A DNA stretch of 64,000 nucleotides from Macrostomum lignano (Eukaryota): positions 1 to 64,000 of the forward strand of contig NIVC01001629.1 of NCBI GenBank assembly GCA_002269645.1, in the 5' to 3' direction. The position numbers and the translations under genes were made by a program. The notes under the pieces are model-generated. The model was not told where the DNA came from, ran no database searches, and was given only the letters and a program-made list of their open reading frames with translations. Below are positions 1 through 12,350 of this stretch, one piece after another (the stretch's first letter is position 1; each line of letters begins with the position of its first letter).

Positions 1-331
1 TTTGGAGTGCAAGGCAATGCATGCCCAATTTTCTGGGTATAATACTATATGATCTAGAGTATGGCTTTGAGGGGGAATTACTAAGATAGCAAGGCTTATT
101 CGGGGAATTGCTTAGATGTCAAGGCTTACAGAGGCAATTTTGCTAAGGTAGCAACTGTTAAAGACCTTGTAAGCATCTTACTTTATCAACTATTTAAAGG
201 ATTTATAAACTATTGCATATATTTCTTGAATATTTTGGGGATTCCTTGACATTGTAGGGGATACTTCCTATTTGTAAAAGTATTGATAAGGCAGGAGACT
301 TTAGACAAAATGAAATATACTTATTGACTAA

Positions 332-474
332 TAGGCATGTAGCTAGGATTCATGTCAGGGGGGGGGCAAATGACCTCAAACAATCTCCAATGTTAAGGAT
401 AAAAGCAAAATACAAAGGTAATAAAAATTCTTCTAGGGGGACATGTCCCTAATGTCCCCCTGGCTAAGCCCCTG
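332..474. mobile_element. hAT-type MITE, ~143 bp, decayed TIRs, 8-bp TSD
   Basis: Right TIR revcomp CAGGGGCTTAGCCAG versus left TAGGCATGTAGCTAG. Both sides are flanked by identical TTGACTAA (324-331 and 475-482). Subterminal G-run and GGGACATGTCCC motif. Confidence 0.7.
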
Positions 475-509
475 TTGACTAAATAGGAAAATCTTTGAGT
501 CAATGGGAA

Positions 510-1099
510 CCCTATAAGAAAAAGTTGTAAAACCATGGATGGTGTCGGCGCACTTTTGAAATTTTTCTAAAGCGCAGCGTGTGCACAGGCACAGCCCCTG
601 TGCGCGCGCTGCCCTTTCTTACTGGCTGCTGCTCTAGCAAATACATATACATGGAAATGGGTATAATACCTCTGTTGAAGGGGCTTATACACTTGTAATT
701 TATTAAGCTTAGAGATATTCCGAAAATTCAATTTCAATTTTCCAAAATTTGAATTTTTTAGAGCAAATTTCAATTTTGAAAAAAAATTAGAAGTGAAAAT
801 TTTGGTAGTGTCTAAAAAGTTGCTAAAAATCAACTACTTTCTACTACATATACATGTATTACTTTTTGCTTAAGCAGTAAATTGAAAGTAAAAAAGTGAG
901 TGTTGATCATACTAAACTTTGTTTTCTGAATTATGATTTTGGGAAATTTCAATTTTGATTTTGGAAAGTTTGTGAATTTTGATTTTGATGAAACTGCAGA
1001 TCTTTTGGAACATCTCTTATAATCTTAAAGCGCAGTAAAATAGTTTGACTCTTTTCTAAAGTGCGCATCCGTGGGTTTTTAACATTTATTCCAATAGGG
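510..1099. mobile_element. Possible ~590-bp MITE with diverged ~50-bp terminal inverted repeats
   Basis: CCCTATAAGAAAAAGTTGTAAAACCATGGATG..GCGCACTTTTGAAA at the left resembles the revcomp of 1050-1099 (CCCTATTGGAATAAATGTTAAAAACCCACGGATGCGCACTTTAGAAA). No clear TSD. Confidence 0.35.
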
Positions 1100-1283
1100 A
1101 ATAGGAATATTATTTGCCATATAGAATATTAAATGATCTAAAGGACAATTGTGACTATATTTAGGAATTATATTATTTTGTAGGGAATTAGTGAATAAAA
1201 TTTAAAATAAAATTTGCCACAAACATGAATCTATAGTATATACTGTTTGATAATTTTTATTGCTTGGCACTTCTGCTTTGGAA

Positions 1284-4200
1284 ATGGCATCTGCAGAGAA
1301 TGATGGTCTGCTGCATGCAAAGGAGACACCTTGGAAGTTTGGCAATGGTGTGACCTACAGCTGTCCCTGGGATTTCCAGCTGCCTAGTGTTCTTGGCTAC
1401 TCTTTATTTGTAGCCCCAACCCATTCAAGAGACACGGAGCGCCCACAGAATTCTCTGAGCATCAGGTGAAAAACGGGTGCGAGTTCCCCACTTTCGAACC
1501 GAACACAGTGTGGCTCACCTGGCTGGGCCACGCCTCCTGCCTCTTCACCTTCTATGGTGACAGCCCTGCAGGGGACAACAGCACAGTGCGAGTTCTGTGC
1601 GATCCGAACTTCAGCAACTTCATTGGGCCAACAAGGCTCACCGGGTCCAGCAGGCACATCCCGTCCGCCTGCCAGGTGGGCGACCTCCCGAGATTCACGC
1701 ACTGTGCATCAGCCACAACCACATGGACCACATGGACGAGAAAACCCTGAAGGAGCTGGCAAAAAAGATGCCAAACATTCAATGTTTTGTGCCGGCTGGA
1801 GACAGGATGATTATGCAAAAGTTTGGCTTTAAAGATATCCAGGAACTGAAGTGGTGGCAGGCAGCTGAGGAGACTGTCAAAGGTCTCAGCGTGACTTTCA
1901 CGCCCGCCAGTCACTGGAGTGGGCGCGGGGCCATGGACAGAAACTGCAGTCTGTGGGGCAGCTTCGTGCTGCAGTTCGGACAGCACAGTGCGTTCTTTGC
2001 TGGCGACACCGGCTATCAGGACAGGATTTTCAAGGACATCGGTGAGCTGCTGGATCTGAGAACTTTGCTGTCAGAATTATAGAAAAATTGCCTAAGAAAT
2101 TCAAGCCTCTGGGGTGAGACTTGCGGAGCCCTGAGTCGCGTTAACCTGGGGCCTGAGCACAATTTGGCCCGGTTTTGTGTGTGGTTGCTAGTGTGTGGGG
2201 TTTCTAGGGTGTAGGGTTTCCAGTGTGTGGGGTTTCTAGGGTGTGGGGTTTCTAGTGTGTGGGTTTTCTAGGGTGTGGGGTTTCTAGGGTGTGGGGTTTC
2301 TAGGGTGTGGGGTTTCTAGGGTTTGGGGTTTTTAGGGTGTGGGGTTTCTAGGGTGTGGGGTTTCTTGGGTGTGGGGTTTCTAAGGTGTGGGGTTTCTTGG
2401 GTGTGGGGTTTCTAGTGTGTGGGGTTTCTCGGGTGTGGGGTTTTCTAGGCCAATCTAAGGTGTGGGGTTTCTAGGGTGTGGGGTTTCTAGGGTGTGGGGT
2501 TTTTAGTGTGTGGGTTTCTAGTGTGTGGGGTTCTAGGTTGTGGGGTTGCTAGTGTGTGGGGTTTCTAGGGTGTAGGGTTGCTAGAGTGTGTGGTTGCTAG
2601 TGTGTGGGGTTTCTAGGAGTGGGGTTGCTAGTGTGTGGAGTTGCTAGTGTGTGGGGTTGCTAGGGTGTGGCGTTGCTAGGGTGTGGCGTTGCTAGTGTGT
2701 GGGGTTTCTAGGGTGTGGGGTTTCTAGGGTGTGGGGTTTCTAGTGTGTGGGGTTGCTAGTGTGTGGGGTTGCTAGTGTGTGGGGTTTCTAGGAGTGGGGT
2801 TGCTAGTGTGTGGAGTTGCTAGTGTGTGGGGTTGCTAGTGTGTGGGATTGCTAGTGTGTGGGGTTTCTAGGGTGTGGGATTGCTAGTGTGTGGGGTTGCT
2901 AGGGTGTTGGGGTTTCTAGTGTGTGGGGTTTCTAGGGTGTGGGGTTTCTAGGAGTGGGGTTTCTAATGTGTGGGGTTGCTAAGGTGTGGGGTTGCTAGGG
3001 TGTGGCGTTGCTAGGGTGTGGCGTTGCTAGTGTGTGGGGTTTTTAGGGTGTGGGGTTTCTAGTGTGTGGGGTTTCTAGGGTGTGGGGTTGCTAGTGTGTG
3101 GAGTTTCTAGGGTGTGGGGTTGCCAGGGTGTGGGGTTGCCAGGGTGTGGGGTTGCTAGTGTGTGGGGTTTCTAGGAGTGGGGTTGCTAGTGTGTGGGGTT
3201 GCTAGGGTGTGGCGTTGCTAGGGTGTGGCGTTGCTAGGGTGTGGCGTTGCTAGGGTGTGGCGTTGCTAGTGTGTGGGGTTGCTAGGGTGTGGGGTTGCTA
3301 GTGTGTGGTGTTGCCAGTGTGTGGAGTTGCTTGTGTAGGGAAGTTGGCCTGCGACTCGTGCGATTTGTGCTCTTGAAGTTGGATCCCCTGGTGCACAGAT
3401 TGACGTGCTCACTGCAGCTTGACGGTGAGAATGTCAGGCAGATGTACTCCCTGTGTGCGTGCGGTTGCTAAGGACTGAGCGGATTTCATATTTGATATTT
3501 ATTCAATTCTGAATAGAAGGCAATTTAGATGGTTATTAAAGTGAATCAGAGCAGCTGATCGATTTGACCTTTTTAGGCAGAATTTCGGGCCTTTCAGCCT
3601 GTCCGCCATTCCAATTGGCTGCTATGAGCCCCGGTGAGTGACAACCGGGTTCTCTCGGTGTGCTGTAATTCCATTGACACAGCTCATTTTTCTGCCATTA
3701 ATCTCTTTCTACAGAGAAGTTTTCTCAGTGCAGCACGCGTGTCCCAGTGAGGCGGTGATCATCCACCAGGAGGTCCGCAGCAAACTGTCTGTGGGCATCC
3801 ACTGGGGCGCCTTCAGGATGACAACTCGAGAGGTGAGCGGCATTGCGCACTTGTGAGCTGCTAGGGTGTGGGGTTGCCAAAGTGTGTGTTTGCCAGGATG
3901 TGGGGTTGCTAGGGTGTTGGTTTGTTAGTGTGTGGGGTTGCTAGGGTGTGGGGTTGCTAGGGTGTGCGGTTGCTAGGGTGTGGAGTTGCTAGGGTGTGGA
4001 GTTGCTAGGGTGTTGGTTTGTTAGTGTGTTGGGTTGCTAGGGTGTTGGGTTGCTAGGTGTGGGGTTGCCAGGTGTGGGGTTGCAGGGTGTGGGGTTGCTA
4101 GGGTGTGGGGCTGCTAGGGTGTGGGGTTGCTAGGGTGTGGGGTAGCTAGGGTGTGGGGTTGCTAGGGTGTGGGGTTGCTAGGGTGTGGTGTTGCTAGTGT

Positions 4201-5486
4201 GTGGAGTTGCTAGGGTGTGGGGTTGCTAGGGTGTGGGGCTGCTAGGGTGTGGGGTTGCTAGGGTGTGGGGTTGCTAGGGTGTGGGTTGCTAGGGTGTGGG
4301 GTTGCCAGGGTGTGGGGTTGCTAGGGTGTTGGTTTGTTAGTGTGTTGGGTTGCTAGGGTGTTGGGTTGCTAGGGTGTGGGTTGACAGGGTGTGGGGTTGT
4401 CGAGGTGTTGGGTTGCTAGGGTGTGGGGTTGCTAGGGTGTAGGGTTGCTAGGGTGTGGGGTTGCTAGGGTGTGGGGTTGCTAGGGTGTGGGGTTGCTAGG
4501 GTGTGGGGTTGCTAGGGTGTGGGTTGCTAGGGTGTCGAGTTGCTAGGGTGTGGAGTTGCTAGGGTGTTGGTTTGTTAGTGTGTTGGGTTGCTAGGGTGTT
4601 GGGTTGCTAGGGTGTGGGGTTGCCAGGGTGTGGGTTGCAGGGGTGTTGGGTTGCTAGGGTGTGGGGTTGCTAGGGTGTGGTGTTGCTAGTGTGTGGAGTT
4701 GCTAGGGTGTGGGGTTGCTAGGGTGTGGGGCTGCTAGGGTGTGGGTTGCTAGGGTGTGGGTTGCTAGGGTGTGGGGTTGCTAGGGTGTGGGGTTGCTAGG
4801 GTGTGGAGTTGCTAGGGTGTGGGTTGCTAGGGTGTGGGCTGCTAGGGTGTGGGGTTGCTAGGGTGTGGGGTTGCTAGGGTGTGGGTTTGTTAGTGTGTTG
4901 GATTGCTAGAGTGTCGGGTTGCTAGGGTGTGGGGTTGCTAGGGTGTTGGGTTGCTAGGGTGTTGGATTGCTAGGGTGTGGGGTTGCTAGGGTGTGGGGTT
5001 GCTAGGGTGTTGGATTGCTAGGGTGTTGGGTTGCTAGGGTGTTGGGTTGCTAGGGTGTTGGATTGCTAGGGTGTGGGGTTGCTAGGGTGTGGGGTTGCCA
5101 GGGTGTTGGGTTGCTAGGGTGTTGGGTTGCTAGGGTGTGGGGTTGCCAGGGTGGGGTGCAGGGTGTTGGGTTGCTAGGGTGTGGGGTTGCTAGGGTGTGG
5201 TGTTGCTAGTGTGTGGAGTTGCTAGGGTGTGGGGTGTCGGGTGTGGGTCTGCTAGGATGTGGGGTTGCTTGGGTTCGGGGTTACTAGGGTATAGGATGCT
5301 CTGCCATAAACTGCACCATAGGAAGTGTCCAACCCACACCCCCAGGGCCTGCTGCAGCCGCCAGAGGACCTTCGCGAAGCCATGGAGGAGGCGAGGCAGA
5401 GGCGGCAGAACGTGGCGGAGTTCCGCACCATCAAAGTTGGCGAGAAAATCTGCTGGCCGCTGCCGCCTGCCGCCGCCCACCTGTGA
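1284..5486 (+). CDS. NAPEPLD: N-acyl-phosphatidylethanolamine phospholipase D-like (metallo-beta-lactamase fold), 4 exons, ~358 aa, three apparent -1 frameshifts
   Basis: Exons ~1284-2041, 3577-3633, 3715-3832, 5346-5486 with GT-AG sites. Motifs TWLGHAS, DPNFS, ISHNHMDH, PASHWSGR, LWGSF, FFAGDTGY, FGPF..IPIGCYEPR, IHWGAF. Frame slips at ~1414-1417, ~1686-1688 and ~3580. Start Met 1284 is tentative. Confidence 0.88.
2180..3330. repeat. G-rich 16-17 nt minisatellite (AGGGTGTGGGGTT(T/G)CT) in NAPE-PLD intron 1
   Basis: Directly visible tandem array. Confidence 0.95.
3860..5290. repeat. Same G-rich 16-17 nt minisatellite in NAPE-PLD intron 3
   Basis: Tandem (GGGTGTGGGGTTGCTA)n. Confidence 0.95.
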
Positions 5487-5974
5487 ACCGCCAATTGCGC
5501 AAGACTAACAATTCTATGAGCTCTGCGAGCTTTGAGTTCGTGACTAAATTTATATCGATTTTTGGTCTGCTGCCCGCATAGCGACAGCAAAAGACGCACC
5601 CTGAGCTTCTTAAATTCCTTTGCAGAGTCCCTGACCCATTTTTACCATCGAGAAGATATTTTATGTATTAGTAGAGCTTGGCATTGCGCCGTTTTATCCA
5701 GACCCGATGGCTCTCCAGGCTCATTTTCAGATCTGAGGCCGTCATTTTCTGAGTTTTATTTCAATTTTTCAATAATTTTTTGTGAATGTCTTTCCAATCC
5801 GAAATCGTGCAGCAGCAGAGGTCCTGGGCGCCCCTGACCGGACTTGGCTGCTGCACCCGGCTTGTTCATCTCTCGTTCCCTGCTGTTGCCGGGGCTGGGA
5901 TATGGGATTTCACTTGTAACAGAATTTGTCTGGCATGTTCTGGCGTAATACATACAGATAAACTGTCTACCATT

Positions 5975-6645
5975 TTTGTCTACTTTGTCTACTATTTTGC
6001 CTACTATTTAATTTATCTACTTTACTTACTTTTTCTATCTACAGATTCTGCAAATTCTGCAAATCTACCAGTCCGTCCACCATCTCTAGCAATCTGTCTA
6101 CCATATCTACCAATTCATCCACCATATCTACCAATTCATCCACCATATCTACCAATTCATCCACTATATCTACCAATTCATCCACTATATCTACCAATTC
6201 ATCCACCATATCTACCAATTCATTCACCATATCTACCAAATTCATCCACATATCTACCAATTCATCCACCATATCTACCAATTCATCCACCATATCTACC
6301 AATTCATCCACCATATCTACCAATTCATCCACCATATCTACCAATTCATCCACCATATCTACCAATTCATCCACCATATCTACCAATTCATCCACCATAT
6401 CTACCAATCTGTCACCATATCTACCAATTCATCTGTCGTATCTACTTATCTGTCTACTATATCTATCTACCACTTATTGCACAAAATTCTGCAAATCTAC
6501 CAGTCCGTCCACCATCTCTAGCAATCTGTCTACCATATCTACCAATTCATCCACCATATCTACTAATCCGTCCACCATATCTACCAATTCATCTGTCGTA
6601 TCTACTAATCTGTCTACTATATCTACCAATTTATCTACCTTGTCT
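5975..6645. repeat. 21-nt G-free minisatellite (CCATATCTACCAATTCATCCA) upstream of PIGB
   Basis: Tandem array that ends just before acceptor-like CCATTGCAG at ~6650. Confidence 0.9.
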
Positions 6646-6670
6646 ACCATTGCAGCCCAGCCGGCCGGTC

Positions 6671-9469
6671 ATGAGCGGTGGCGGCGGCAATTCGCTGCCC
6701 GCGGCTGCCTCCGCCGGTCGCTGCAGCCACGCCAGCGCCTACGTGCGCAGCCGCGCCAGTCGGGCGCAGCGCTCGCGCCGATCCGGCCAGCAGGCCGGCG
6801 CCGGGGAGTCTCTGCTCGGCCGGCTGTGGTGGGGCCCGGAGGCCACTAAGGAGGACCGGGACGCAGCCATCGAGCCGTCGGAGACTGTCGGGCCCGAGCC
6901 GCTGCGGCGGTCGCTGCTGACCGAGCGCGGCCTGTTCCTGTCGCTGGTGGCGTTCCGCTGCGCCAACGCCCTGCTGCTGCACACGCACTTTGTGCCCGAC
7001 GAGTTCTGGCAGTCTGTGGAGGTGGCGCACAGGTTGGTATGCGGGCGGTAGAGTGACTGTGAACCAGAGTGACAGTGTTCCAGAGTGACAGTGTGCCAGA
7101 GTGACTGTGAACCAGAGTGACAGTGTGCCAGAGTGACAGTGTGCCAGAGTGACAGTGTGCCAGAGTGACAGTGTGCCAGAGTGACAGTGTGCCAGAGTGA
7201 CAGTATGTCAGAGTGACAGTGTGCCAGAATGACAATATGTCAGGTTGCCAGAGTGACAGTGTCGAGCACCCCCCCCCCCAAACTGCAGGTCGGCCTTTGG
7301 CTACGGCCACCTGACCTGGGAGTGGCAGGCGGGGCTGCGCAGCCCGCTGTACCCGGGCGCCTTCGCCCTGCTGTTCAAGCTGCTGCAGCTGGCCGGAGCG
7401 GACAGCCGGCCGGCCGTGGCGAAGCTGCCGCGGCTGCTGCAGGCCTGCCTGGCCGCCGTGGCGGATTTCTACCTGTACCGCTTCAGCCGGCGAGTGGCCG
7501 GTCAGCGGGCTGCCCAGTGGGCGCTGATCTGCCAGCTGCTGAACTGGTTCACCCTGTACACCGCGCCTCGGACGCTGTCGAACTGCGTGGAGTGGCTGCT
7601 GACCACAGTGGGCCTGTACTATTACCCGTGGCCCGAGGCGCAGAGTCGCAAGGCCCAGTGGAAATTCGCCCTGGCGGTCGCCGCCGCTTGCGCACTCCGG
7701 CCGACCTCGGCGGTGCCCTGGTTGATGCTCTGCCTGTGGCACGCGGCGCGGAGTCGGCGCCGACTGGGGCGCCTGTTGGCGCTCTATGGCGCCACTGGCC
7801 TGCTGGTGCTGGCGGTGAGCGGCCTGGCTGACAAACACTACTATGGCCGCTGGACCCTGTCCCAGCTCAACTTCCTGCACTACAATCTGCTGAGCGACAT
7901 CGGCTCGTTCTATGGGGTGCACCCGTGGCACTGGTACATCACGCAGGGTGAGCGGCCTGGCATCTCACCAGGATTTATGAGAAATCATAGAGGTTTATGG
8001 GAAATCATCAAGATTTATGGGAATTCATCGAGATTTATGGGAATTCATCGAGATTTATGGGAAGTCATCAAGATTTATGGGAAGTCATCGAGATTTATGG
8101 GAATTCATCGAGATTTATACTTTCGATTTAAAGTAGCTGGTGCGCGTTTTGCAAGAATGATTCTTTTATTACCAAATGAAATTACAGGAGTACCGGCCAT
8201 CCTGGGCCCGCACCTGCCGCTGTACCTGTACGCCAGCTATCAGAGCTGGAGGCAGAGGCGGCGTGTAGAAACCGCGCTGACCCTGCTGGTGATCTGGACG
8301 CTGTATGTGTACAGGTGGGTCAGCTGGTGCTTTTGTACATTCCCACTGTTTACTGTTTGTTTGCATATTGTAGATGACATTGTACAGCTGAATGACGTAA
8401 TATCTTATACAGTTTGGAAAATCTTGTACAGATTCCACATCTACAGCTTCTAATATCTTGTAATATCTTCTAATATCGATATTTTGTACAGTTTTTAATA
8501 TCTTGTACAGAGTGTAATTCTTTCTAGAACATTCTGTACAAAATTGAATTTTGTACAGTTTCTACATCTTGTACACATTGCAATATCATGTACAGATTTC
8601 AATGTCTTGTACAGATTCAATATCTTGTACGGATTCAATATCTTGTACAGATTCAATATCTTGTACAGATTAAATATCTTGTACAGATTTGAATGTCTTG
8701 CAGATTTCAATATCTTGTACAAATTCAATATCTTGTACAGATTTCAATATCATGTACAGATTTGAATGTCATGCAGATTTCAATATCTTGTACAGATATT
8801 GAAATTGATATCTTGTACAGATTTCAATGTCCTGTACAGCCACGCTCCGCCCCACCCCGCAGCTTCCTGGCCCACAAGGAGTTCCGCTTCGTGTTCCCGC
8901 TGCTGCCGCTGATGATGCACCAGTGCGGCCTCTGCCTCAGCGAGCTCGGCCCCGCCCTGCGCAAAGCCGCTGTCGCCTGCCTTTGCTGCCTGGGCATCCC
9001 AGCCGCCTTGTACTTCTGCCTCATCCACCAGCGCGGGCCTCTGGACGCGGTGAACCACCTGGGCAAGGAGGCGGAGCTGCGCCTCGCCAGGACCGGCGTC
9101 CCCGCGCACCTGGATCCCGACCTGCACTTTCTGTTCCTGGCGCCCTGTCACTCCACTCCGCTCTATTCCCATCTCCATAGCAACGTCAGCACTCGGACTC
9201 TGGACTGCTCGCCCAACTGGCGGGACCAGCCGGGCTACGTGGAGGAGCAGGAGGCCTTCTACAGCGACCCCGCCGGCTTCGCCTCCCGCCTGCTGGACAC
9301 CGAGCGGCGGCCGTCGCACATCCTGCTGTTCGACTCGCTGCTGCCGCGCCTGCGCGGCCTGCTGGAGACTCGCGGCTTCACCCTGCGCAAAAAGTTCTTC
9401 AACTCGCACTTTGAGGACGGCCGGCGGAGCCACTACCTGCTGCTGTTCTGCCGAAGCGACTGGGTCTGA
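6671..9469 (+). CDS. PIGB: GPI mannosyltransferase 3 (PIG-B/Gpi10), 4 exons, 584 aa
   Basis: Exons 6671-7032, 7289-7947, 8188-8314, 8863-9469 sum to 1755 nt in frame. Motifs PDEFWQSVEVAHR, GYGHLTWEW..GLRSPLYP, RTLSNCVE, RPTS, HPWHWYITQG, SFLAHKEFRF, HQRG, PCHSTPLYSH. Confidence 0.95.
7050..7262. repeat. 14-nt minisatellite (GTGCCAGAGTGACA), PIGB intron 1
   Basis: Tandem array. Confidence 0.9.
7970..8118. repeat. 20-nt minisatellite (GAGATTTATGGGAATTCATC), PIGB intron 2
   Basis: About 7 degenerate copies. Confidence 0.85.
8420..8840. repeat. ~19-nt minisatellite (ATATCTTGTACAGATTCA), PIGB intron 3
   Basis: Degenerate tandem array. Confidence 0.85.
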
Positions 9470-9519
9470 CCGCGGCTGACCCGCTTGGATTGAAGCAGCT
9501 GACCCACCGACTCACACTG

Positions 9520-10065
9520 TTGACTCTAACTGACACTGTTGACCCACTAAGAGTGACACTGTTGACCCACTAAGAGTGACCCTGTTGACCCACTAAGAGT
9601 GACACTGTTGACCCACTAAGAGTGACCCTGTTGACCCACTAAGAGTGACACTGTTAACCCACTAAGAGTGACCCTGTTGACCCACTAAGAGTGACCTCTC
9701 TGACCCACTAGCAGTGACCCTTTTGACCCATAAAGGTGACTTAACTGACCCACTAAAAGTGACCCTGTTGAACCACTAGGAGTGACCCCGCTGACCCACT
9801 AAGGGTGACCCTGTTGACCCAGTGAGATGACCCTGTTGAACCACTAAAAGTGACCCCGCTGACCCACTAAGGGTGACCCTGTTGACCCTCTAAGAGTGAC
9901 CCTGTTGACCCTCTAAGAGCGACCCTGTTGACCCACTAAGAGTGATCCCGCTGACCCACTAATACTGACCCCGCTGACCCACTAAAAGTGACCCTGTTGA
10001 CCTAGTAAAAATGACCCCGCTGACCCACTAAAGGTGACCCCGCTGACCCACTAAGAGTGACCCTA
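9520..10065. repeat. 23-nt minisatellite (GACCCACTAAGAGTGACCCTGTT) just downstream of the PIGB stop
   Basis: Tandem array. Confidence 0.9.
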
Positions 10066-10741
10066 TTGCCTCTGTTACTTGCTTCTAATTCACATTCACG
10101 ACCAGCCTTGCACTCTTAGCTGTCAGCTCAGGCCCTTCAACTTTGTGTCAAAACTAACAGCCCCCTAGCGCTCTATTCTACTGTTCTACTGTCTTATTTA
10201 AGTAGTATATTGTAGTTTTTCGTCAATTTTTCTTTATTTTGTACCTGTTTTGTTTCCAGGCAGATTTTAGGTGCCAAAAAAGTAGTTAAAAGCAATTTCC
10301 AGCTCAACTGGTGGCTGACGGCTTGAATTTTTTACTTTACTCAAAGTCAATATTGGGGATTTGAGGCATCTGGTCAGTTGGGAAAATATTACTCATTCTA
10401 AGCGTCAACTCAACGAATTTCAAAAAATGTCCGCTTGGCTACTCATAGTAGTGTAGTTTGCCTTTGAATCTGTGCAGTTCGGCATGTTGAAATGATGTTC
10501 TGTGATACATTTTGCCAATAACTCTCACACTGCGGCATACATAGCATCTCTTCAGTGTTAGTCAAATATAGCAATGCATTCTCTGGAACACATTGTGTCA
10601 CAAAAACACTTTGTTGTTAGTTATTAGTATGCCAAATTTCCGCGGTTGAGCCATTCTAACTTTTTTATTTCTTTGAGAAAAACAGCTCATGTTCTGAAAC
10701 GTGAGCCAAAGGCATTCAAAATTGTGAGGCCGACTGAGGTC

Positions 10742-11260
10742 ACTGGTGTGGTGGCAGATTGGTGAGCGCACTGGTGTGGTGGCAGATTGGTGAGCACATT
10801 GGTTTGGTGGCAGATTGGTGAGCACATTGGTTTGGTGGCAGATTGGTGAGCACATTGGTTTGGTGGCAGATTGGTGAGCACACTGATTTAGTGGCAGATT
10901 GGTGAGCACACTGATGTGACAGATTGGTAAGCACACTGGTGTGGTGGTACATGTAGATTGTGAGCACACTGTTGGGGTTACAGATTGGTGAGCACACTGA
11001 TGTGGTGGCAGATTGGTGAGCACATTGGTTTGGTGGCAGATTGGTGAGCACATTGGTTTGGTGGCAGATTGGTGAGCACATTGGTTTGGTGACAGATTGG
11101 TGAGCACACTGATGTGGCAGATTGGTAAGCACACTGGTTTGGTGGCAGATTGGTGAGCGCACTGGTGTGGTGGTACATGTAGATTGTGAGCACACTGTTG
11201 GGGTTACAGATTGGTGAGCACACTATTGTGGCAGATTGGTGAGCACATTGGTTTGGTGGC
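10742..11260. repeat. ~28-nt minisatellite (GGCAGATTGGTGAGCACATTGGTTTGGT)
   Basis: Tandem array. Confidence 0.9.
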
Positions 11261-11319
11261 ATCTTTCTTGCTCCAGTTGGCGTTGCCAAAGTCGATCACC
11301 CAACATGCAGAGATTTTTC

Positions 11320-12350
11320 AGCTGACTCTGCATAGATCCTTCAGCTGACCCTGCAAAGATCCTTCAGCTGACCCTGCAAAGATCCTTCAGCTGACCCTGC
11401 ATAGATCCTTCAGCTGACCCTGCATAGATCCTTCAGCTGACCCTGCAAAGATTCTTCAGCTGACCCTGCGTAGATCCTTCTGCTGACCCTGCATAGATCC
11501 TTCAGCTGACCCTGCATAGATCTTTCAGCTGACCCTACATAGATCCTTCAGCTGACCCTGCATAGATCCTTCAGCTGACCCTGCATAGATCCTTCAGCTG
11601 ACCCTGCATAGATCCTTCCGCTGACCCTGCATAGATCCTTCAGCTGACCCTGCATAGATCCTTCAGCTGACCCTGCATAGATCCTTCAGCTGACCCTGCA
11701 TAGATCTTTCAGCTGACCCTGCATAGATCTTTCAGCTGACCCTACATAGATCCTTCAGCTGACCCTGCATAGATCTTTCAGCTGACCCTGCATAGATCCT
11801 TGAGCTGACCCTACATAGATCCTTCAGCTGACCCTGCATAGATCCTTCAGCTGACCCTGCATAGATCCTTCAGATGACCCTGCATAGATCCTTCAGCTGA
11901 CCCTGCATAGATCCTTCAGCTGGCCCTGCATAGATCCTTCTGCTGACCCTGCATAGATCCTTCAGCTGACCCTGCATAGATCTTTCAGCTGACCCTGCAT
12001 AGATCCTTCTGCTGACCCTGCATAGATCCTTTACCTGACCCTTCATAGATCCTTCAGCTGGCCCTGCATAGATCCTTCAGCTGACCCTGCATAGATCCTT
12101 CAGCTGACCCTGCATAGATCCTTCAGCTGACCCTTCATAGATCCTTCAGCTGGCCCTGCATAGATCCTTCAGCTGACCCTGCATAGATCCTTCAGCTGAC
12201 CCTGCATAGATCCTTCAGCTGACCCTGCATAGATCCTTCAGCTGACCCTGCATAGATCCTTCAGCTGACCCTGCATAGATCCTTCAGATGACCCTGCATA
12301 GATCCTTCAGCTGACCCTGCATAGATCCTTCAGCTGGCCCTGCATGGACC
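11320..12350. repeat. 23-nt minisatellite (CAGCTGACCCTGCATAGATCCTT)
   Basis: About 44 near-identical copies. Confidence 0.95.

Noticed and set aside
2180-5290. Interstitial telomere
   Set aside because: The unit is 16-17 nt with CTAGGG, not tandem TTAGGG. Treated as an ordinary G-rich minisatellite.
11262-11300. Unique island between two arrays reads VIDFGNANWSKKD on the minus strand, similar to the lectin tail FTNANWSK and to kinase IDFG motifs
   Set aside because: Only a 13-nt exact match, which is expected by chance in 64 kb. No credible donor site.
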